DNA of 58,008 nt from Solirubrobacterales bacterium (GTDB taxonomy: Bacteria; Actinomycetota; Thermoleophilia; Solirubrobacterales; JACPNS01), in contig JBOGYW010000002.1 in NCBI GenBank assembly GCA_050696815.1, positions 1-58,008 on the forward strand. The letters run 5' to 3'. The notes below the pieces were generated by a model that did not search any database, was not told the origin of the DNA, and saw only the letters and a list, made by a program, of their open reading frames with translations. This document shows positions 53,701 to 58,008 of the stretch, piece by piece (positions within the stretch are counted from its first letter, which is position 1; each line of letters opens with the position of its first letter). The translations under genes were made by a program, and so were the position numbers.

Positions 53701-54732
53701 TTGTCGCTAGTCTTGGCGCCGCAGATGGAAGCCCACCTTCAAGCCGCCGAAGGCCATCCCGACCGCAACCTCGCGCTCGAGCTGGTCCGCGTAACCGAGG
53801 CCGCGGCGCTCGCCGCCGCACGCTGGGTCGGCCACGGCGACAAGATCGCCGCCGACCAGGCCGCGGTCGACGCGATGCGCTTCGTGCTCAACTCAGTGCC
53901 GATGGACGGCACCGTCGTGATCGGCGAAGGCGAGAAGGACGAGGCGCCGATGCTCTACAACGGTGAGCAGATCGGCGACGGCAGCAAGCCCGAGGTCGAC
54001 ATCGCCGTCGACCCGCTCGAAGGCACCACGCTGACCGCAAAAGGTTTTCCGAGCGCGCTCTCGGTGATCGCACTCTCCGAGCGCGGCACGATGTTCGACC
54101 CCGGCCCCTGCGTCTACATGGAGAAGATGGCCGGCACCGAGGAGATCGCCGATCTGCTCGACCTCGACCGTCCGATCAACGAGACGCTCGAGCTGGTCGC
54201 CGCGCGCAAGAGCAAGATTGTCAGCGACGTGCTCGTGATCATGCTCGACCGCGACCGTCACCAGCCGATGGCCGAAGCGGTTCGCAAGGCCGGCGCGCGC
54301 ATTCGCTTCATCACCGACGGCGACGTCTCCGGCGCGCTGATGGCAGTTTCCGAGCGTTCCCCGGTCGACCTGCTGTGGGGAATCGGCGGCACGCCGGAAG
54401 GCGTGATCAGTGCCGCCGCGATCCACTGCATGGGCGGTCGCTTGGTGGGACGCCTCTGGCCGCGCAACGACGAGGAGCGCAGCGAAGCGGTCAACCTGAA
54501 CTACGACCTCGACGCGATCCTCACCGAACACGACCTCGTGAAGGGCACTGACGTTTTCTTCGCCGCCACCGGCGTGACCGACGGCGACATGCTGCAGGGC
54601 GTTCGCTACCCGCGCAAGAAGGCGACGACCGAGTCGCTGATCATGCGCTCACGCAGCGGCACCGTGCGCCGCGTCCTTGCGACGCACAACCGCGCAAAAC
54701 TGCGCGAAATCACCGGCGAGCGCTACGGCTAA
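53701..54732 (+). CDS. glpX: Class II fructose-1,6-bisphosphatase
   Basis: LALELVRVTEAAALAAARWVGHGDKIAADQAAVDAMR...GTVVIGEGEKDEAPML...VDIAVDPLEGTTLTAKG...WGIGGTPEGVISAAA...TGVTDGDML. Confidence 0.9.
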   Translation: MSLVLAPQMEAHLQAAEGHPDRNLALELVRVTEAAALAAARWVGHGDKIAADQAAVDAMRFVLNSVPMDGTVVIGEGEKDEAPMLYNGEQIGDGSKPEVDIAVDPLEGTTLTAKGFPSALSVIALSERGTMFDPGPCVYMEKMAGTEEIADLLDLDRPINETLELVAARKSKIVSDVLVIMLDRDRHQPMAEAVRKAGARIRFITDGDVSGALMAVSERSPVDLLWGIGGTPEGVISAAAIHCMGGRLVGRLWPRNDEERSEAVNLNYDLDAILTEHDLVKGTDVFFAATGVTDGDMLQGVRYPRKKATTESLIMRSRSGTVRRVLATHNRAKLREITGERYG

Positions 54733-55361
54733 TCGATCACTTGCGCGCGGATCGCTACGGCGACCGCGTGCGTACGCGTTCCCGCGTTGAGCTTCGCGAG
54801 GATGCGCTTGGTGTGCGTGCGAATCGTCTCGGTCGAGAGGCCGAGCGTCGTCGCGACCTTCTCCGTGTGCGCGCCGTCAGCGAACATCTGCAGGATCTGG
54901 CGCTGACGCTCGGTCAGCACCTTGCTGGCCGCGTCTAGCGCCGCGTCCTCATCGTCGGCGAGCGCAGGGTCGATGAAGAACTCGCCGGAACGCGCGGCTT
55001 CGATCGCCGTGCTCAACACGGCGGCGTCGGAGTCCTTGCGCACGCACGCGCGGGCGCCGGCCTTCAGGGCCTCGGCCAGCACACGCATGTTGCCGTCGGC
55101 GGCGAACACGACGACCGGAGCGTTGATCTCCTTGCGGAGGTGCAGGATCGAGCTGGTCGCGTCGGCGTTTCCGAGGTGCGGATCGACGATCACGACGTCG
55201 GGCTTGGCCTTCTTCGCGGTCGCGAGCGCATCCTCAACGGTCGAGGCTTCGTTGATCTTTGCGCCGGAGAATTCAGCTTTAAGGACGCTGGCGACGCCTT
55301 GTCGCAGCACGGGATGATCGTCAACGATCAAGAAACTGTTCGAATCACTCATGAGGAGCAC
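54729..55361 (-). CDS. NarL/FixJ (LuxR-type HTH) response regulator, no adjacent kinase
   Basis: FLIVDDHPVLRQG...DVVIVDPHL... receiver domain. C-terminal LTERQRQILQMFADGAHTEKVATTLGLSTETIRTHTKRILAKL. Confidence 0.88.
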   Translation of the reverse strand: MLLMSDSNSFLIVDDHPVLRQGVASVLKAEFSGAKINEASTVEDALATAKKAKPDVVIVDPHLGNADATSSILHLRKEINAPVVVFAADGNMRVLAEALKAGARACVRKDSDAAVLSTAIEAARSGEFFIDPALADDEDAALDAASKVLTERQRQILQMFADGAHTEKVATTLGLSTETIRTHTKRILAKLNAGTRTHAVAVAIRAQVID

Positions 55362-55565
55362 TCCTGCTCTTGCGGGGTCTGCATTGCGCGGATTTCTTTC
55401 GACTAGGGGTTAGTCGATGTTACTCGTCCGTAACCTCGCTCTGTCCCAGAACGGGTTACGTGCCGGATGATCGTTAGGAGCCTATCTGTCGCGCCCCCTG
55501 ACCAGGCTGTTACACCAAATAAGTTACCGCAATCCGCGGTCGACCGAACGAAGGTTCAGTTTAGG

Positions 55566-56237
55566 CTACTGCGGCAGAGGTAGCGCGCCGAGGATCACCG
55601 TGTCGCTGGTGCCGAGTGCGCGGGCGGTCGCCAGCGTGAGATCCCAGGTGACTCCGTGAACGTATGGTCCGCGGTCGATCACCGGCACCGTCACCTTGCG
55701 GCCCGCGTTGAAGAACTCGACCTTCGAACCGCACGGCAGCGAGCGGTGCGCCACGCCGAGCGTGCGGCGCGTCAGCTTGATGTTGCAGGCGGTGCGGTGT
55801 CCGTAGAAGCCCGGTCCGTACCAGGTGGCCTTCTGGCGGCGATAGACCGACAGCGGACCCTGCTCCTGGTTGGAAGACGCGATCGCGGTGTCGGTCGGCG
55901 TGATGCGGAAGTCGTAGCGACCGGCCTTGAACGGCTTCCAGGTGATCGTGAAGTCTCCCGCGGCGTCCGTCGACGCGGTCGCTACGGCGGTCCATGGGCC
56001 TTGGCCGAGGCGCGCCTCGATCGACACTTGGCCGCTGCCCGGAGCAACGTGACCGGTGATCGTCGACGACTTGCCGGCGAAGGCACCCTTCGGCGCGCTA
56101 ACGACCGGATCGGCAAACCCGGCCCCGCCGCCAGACGTGGCGTCGCCGGCAGCGGCGAGCGGCGGCAGAACGCAGAATGCTGCGATCGCGAAAACGGTGC
56201 ACAAGGGTGCGGCGAGTTTCAGGTTGAGCCTCGTCAA
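55566..56237 (-). CDS. Secreted RlpA-like (double-psi beta-barrel) protein
   Basis: TTG start and signal peptide. N-terminal Ig-like part. C-terminal KATWYGPGFYGHRTACNIKLTRRTLGVAHRSLPCGSKVEFFNAGRKVTVPVIDRGPYVHGVTWDLTLATARALG matches the DPBB_1 pattern. Confidence 0.85.
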   Translation of the reverse strand: MTRLNLKLAAPLCTVFAIAAFCVLPPLAAAGDATSGGGAGFADPVVSAPKGAFAGKSSTITGHVAPGSGQVSIEARLGQGPWTAVATASTDAAGDFTITWKPFKAGRYDFRITPTDTAIASSNQEQGPLSVYRRQKATWYGPGFYGHRTACNIKLTRRTLGVAHRSLPCGSKVEFFNAGRKVTVPVIDRGPYVHGVTWDLTLATARALGTSDTVILGALPLPQ

Positions 56238-56249
56238 GATTGCTTCTCT

Positions 56250-56435
56250 TTCGAACGGGCCTACGGGGTTAGCTGAAGGGCTCGCGCTGAAAGAGTCGCG
56301 CTACGGTCGCGGTGTTGATGACCGATTCGCCCCGGCTCGGGTCGCGGCTGGAATGCCGGACTGCGAGCAGTGGTTCCCCCGCCTGGCCGAGTCAAGGACC
56401 CAGCCGGTTAGGCGGCAAGTTCGCGGCGAGTATAC
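56250..56435 (-). promoter_or_regulatory. Candidate ydaO-yuaA (c-di-AMP) riboswitch in the 5' leader of the RlpA-like gene
   Basis: The reverse strand contains, in the order expected from the B. subtilis ydaO leader as I recall it: CCGCCUAACC...GGCGGGGGAACCA (56371-56383)...ACCCGAGCCGGGGCGAAUCGG...UUCAGCUAACCCCGUAGGCCCG (56256-56277). Confidence 0.7.
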
Positions 56436-56481
56436 ATATCGGCTACCGCCGCGTACTGTGACGAGGGTCACAATTGGGTAA

Positions 56482-57987
56482 TTACCGCGCTAAGACCGAG
56501 AAGATCGTTTTCGGCTTTGCCGACTGTTCGGTAACAAGCGTGACGCGCTGGGTTGCACGGGCGCGGATCGCGTATCGGCCGTCGGCCAGCGCGCGGCGCG
56601 AAACGCTCAGATGCCAGCGGCCGGCGCCGCCTGCGCGTACCCACAGGGGCCGGTCGCAGGCGCGCGCGACGAAGCGCGAACGGCGCTCGCTCCACCACTT
56701 GCAGCGGTTGCCCGCGATCCGCGAGATCGCCACATCGACGCGCGCGACGCCGACGGTGTCGGCCTTCGCGCGGCCGGTCACGCGCAGCATCGCCGATTTC
56801 TTCAGCCTGCTCTTGCTCTTCGGCGTGACGACGCTCGCAAACGGGTCGGCACAGCCGTCGTGGTTCTTGTCGACGAGCGGATTGGTCAGCGGACACGGGT
56901 CGGAGCCGTCGGGCAGCCCGTCGCCGTCGTCATCGTCGTCGCATGGGTCGCCCCGGCCGTCGCCGTCGTGGTCGAGCTGGTTCTGATTCGCCAGGCCCGG
57001 ACAGTTGTCGAGCGCGTCGATCGCGCCGTCGTGGTCGGCGTCGTCGTAGCGCAGGCGCACGATCCGGCCGTTGCCGTTGTCGGCCACATACGCCAGGGCG
57101 CCCGGCGCGGTCGCGATCGAAGAAGGTGAGTTGAACTGGCCGACGCCGCCGCCGCTCGAACCAAAGTTCGCCAGCGGCGCGAAGCCACCGCCCTGACCGT
57201 TGAACAGGTCGACGCGGTCATTGCCCGTGTCTGCCACCAGCACGCGTCCGGCGGGGTCGCTCGATAGTCCCAGCGGGCTCTTTACCTGCCCGGGCGCGCT
57301 GCCGTAACTGCTGAAGCCGGTGACGACGATGCCGCGGGTGTCGAAGAAGCGCAGGGCAGAACCGGCCGTGGCCGACGACACATAGAAGCGCTCGAGCGTG
57401 TCCAGGGCGATGCCGCTCGGCGGCCCGAACGGACCGGGGTCGGTCACGCCGAAGGCGAAAAGCGGATCGAACGTGCCACGCGCCGGGTCCAGCGCCTGCA
57501 CGCGAGCGTTGTTGGTCTCGGCCGCGTAGACGCGCGGCTCGACGTCGGTGGCGAGCTGGGCGAGGCCGTTGAACTGGCCCAGCGCCGAGCCGGTCGTGCC
57601 CGAGGTGCCGAGATAGCTGGCACCGCCGACCCACGGGCCGAACAGCACGATCACGTTGCGCGCCGCGTCGGCGACGTAGATGTTGCCGCGGTTGTCGACG
57701 GCTACGGCCGAGGGATCCTGCAGCAGGCCCGAGCCAAACGAGCCGAGTGGCGCGTTGCCCCTGCGCGCACTGTCGTAGACCTGAACTCGGCCGCCGTTGC
57801 GCAGCGGCACGTAGACGCGGCCGGCGCCGTCGGTCGCGATCCAGCCGGAGTTGACGCCGCCGACGGCGACGCCCTCCCACTCGAACGCGGCGGCCCGCGC
57901 GCCGCCGGCGAGCGCCAGCGAGCCGAGTACGGCGACGAAGATCGCGAGGATCAGCGCCGGAAAGGCGTGCGTCGATCGAGAAGCCAT
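56482..57987 (-). CDS. Secreted NHL-repeat beta-propeller protein with thrombospondin type-3 Ca-binding repeats and a C-terminal Ig-like module
   Basis: Signal peptide ...LALAGGARA. Repeats such as PSAVAVDNRGNIYVADAARNVIVLF and PLGLSSDPAGRVLVADTGNDRVDLF. TSP3: DADHDGAIDALDNCPGLANQNQLDHDGDGRGDPCDDDDDGDGLPDGSDPCP. Confidence 0.82.
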   Translation of the reverse strand: MASRSTHAFPALILAIFVAVLGSLALAGGARAAAFEWEGVAVGGVNSGWIATDGAGRVYVPLRNGGRVQVYDSARRGNAPLGSFGSGLLQDPSAVAVDNRGNIYVADAARNVIVLFGPWVGGASYLGTSGTTGSALGQFNGLAQLATDVEPRVYAAETNNARVQALDPARGTFDPLFAFGVTDPGPFGPPSGIALDTLERFYVSSATAGSALRFFDTRGIVVTGFSSYGSAPGQVKSPLGLSSDPAGRVLVADTGNDRVDLFNGQGGGFAPLANFGSSGGGVGQFNSPSSIATAPGALAYVADNGNGRIVRLRYDDADHDGAIDALDNCPGLANQNQLDHDGDGRGDPCDDDDDGDGLPDGSDPCPLTNPLVDKNHDGCADPFASVVTPKSKSRLKKSAMLRVTGRAKADTVGVARVDVAISRIAGNRCKWWSERRSRFVARACDRPLWVRAGGAGRWHLSVSRRALADGRYAIRARATQRVTLVTEQSAKPKTIFSVLAR

Positions 57988-58008
57988 CGAAGCATCAGAC
58001 GTTAACTG

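Overview
High-GC chromosomal segment with frequent GTG/TTG starts and 4-nt start/stop overlaps. It looks actinobacterial, possibly Thermoleophilia-like, but that placement is inference only. All family calls come from reading motifs in the translations; no database search was run.

Most of the window is ordinary housekeeping and metabolism:
- a DHA2 MFS pump with a divergent OmpR/HK pair
- aldo-keto reductase, SRAP peptidase, cupredoxin lipoprotein
- purE-purK, a DUF1015 protein, a polyprenyl-phosphate sugar transferase
- GMC oxidoreductase, acyl-CoA ligase, gloA
- an NRAMP-like plus ZIP metal transporter pair
- a CMD/MBL pair and two TetR regulators
- an aidB-like ACAD / crotonase / TetR operon
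- a thiolase with two adjacent ACADs, glpX, and a LuxR-type response regulator

The standout is a ~16-kb accessory segment (about 9.8-26.2 kb) between purK and a tRNA-Pro(UGG) gene, all on the minus strand. It holds:
- an 11-kb ORF for a 3660-aa Sec-signal / RTX / Ig-repeat / RHS polymorphic toxin, whose 172-aa C-terminal tail I cannot assign to a family
- a translationally coupled, AT-richer candidate immunity gene
- three paralogous secreted Ig-domain proteins that share a Lys-rich C-terminal module ending in F-T-G/T at the very C-terminus
- a Caa3_CtaG-like membrane protein

Other notable points:
- a good match to the ydaO-type c-di-AMP riboswitch in front of an RlpA-like gene
- an orphan strong terminator closing about 300 nt of structured non-coding sequence at 27.5-27.8 kb
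- a perfect 20-bp palindrome in front of the aidB-like operon
- an NRAMP homologue carrying the metal-site substitutions of the Mg2+-type NRMT clade

No CRISPR array, rRNA, transposase or integrase was seen.
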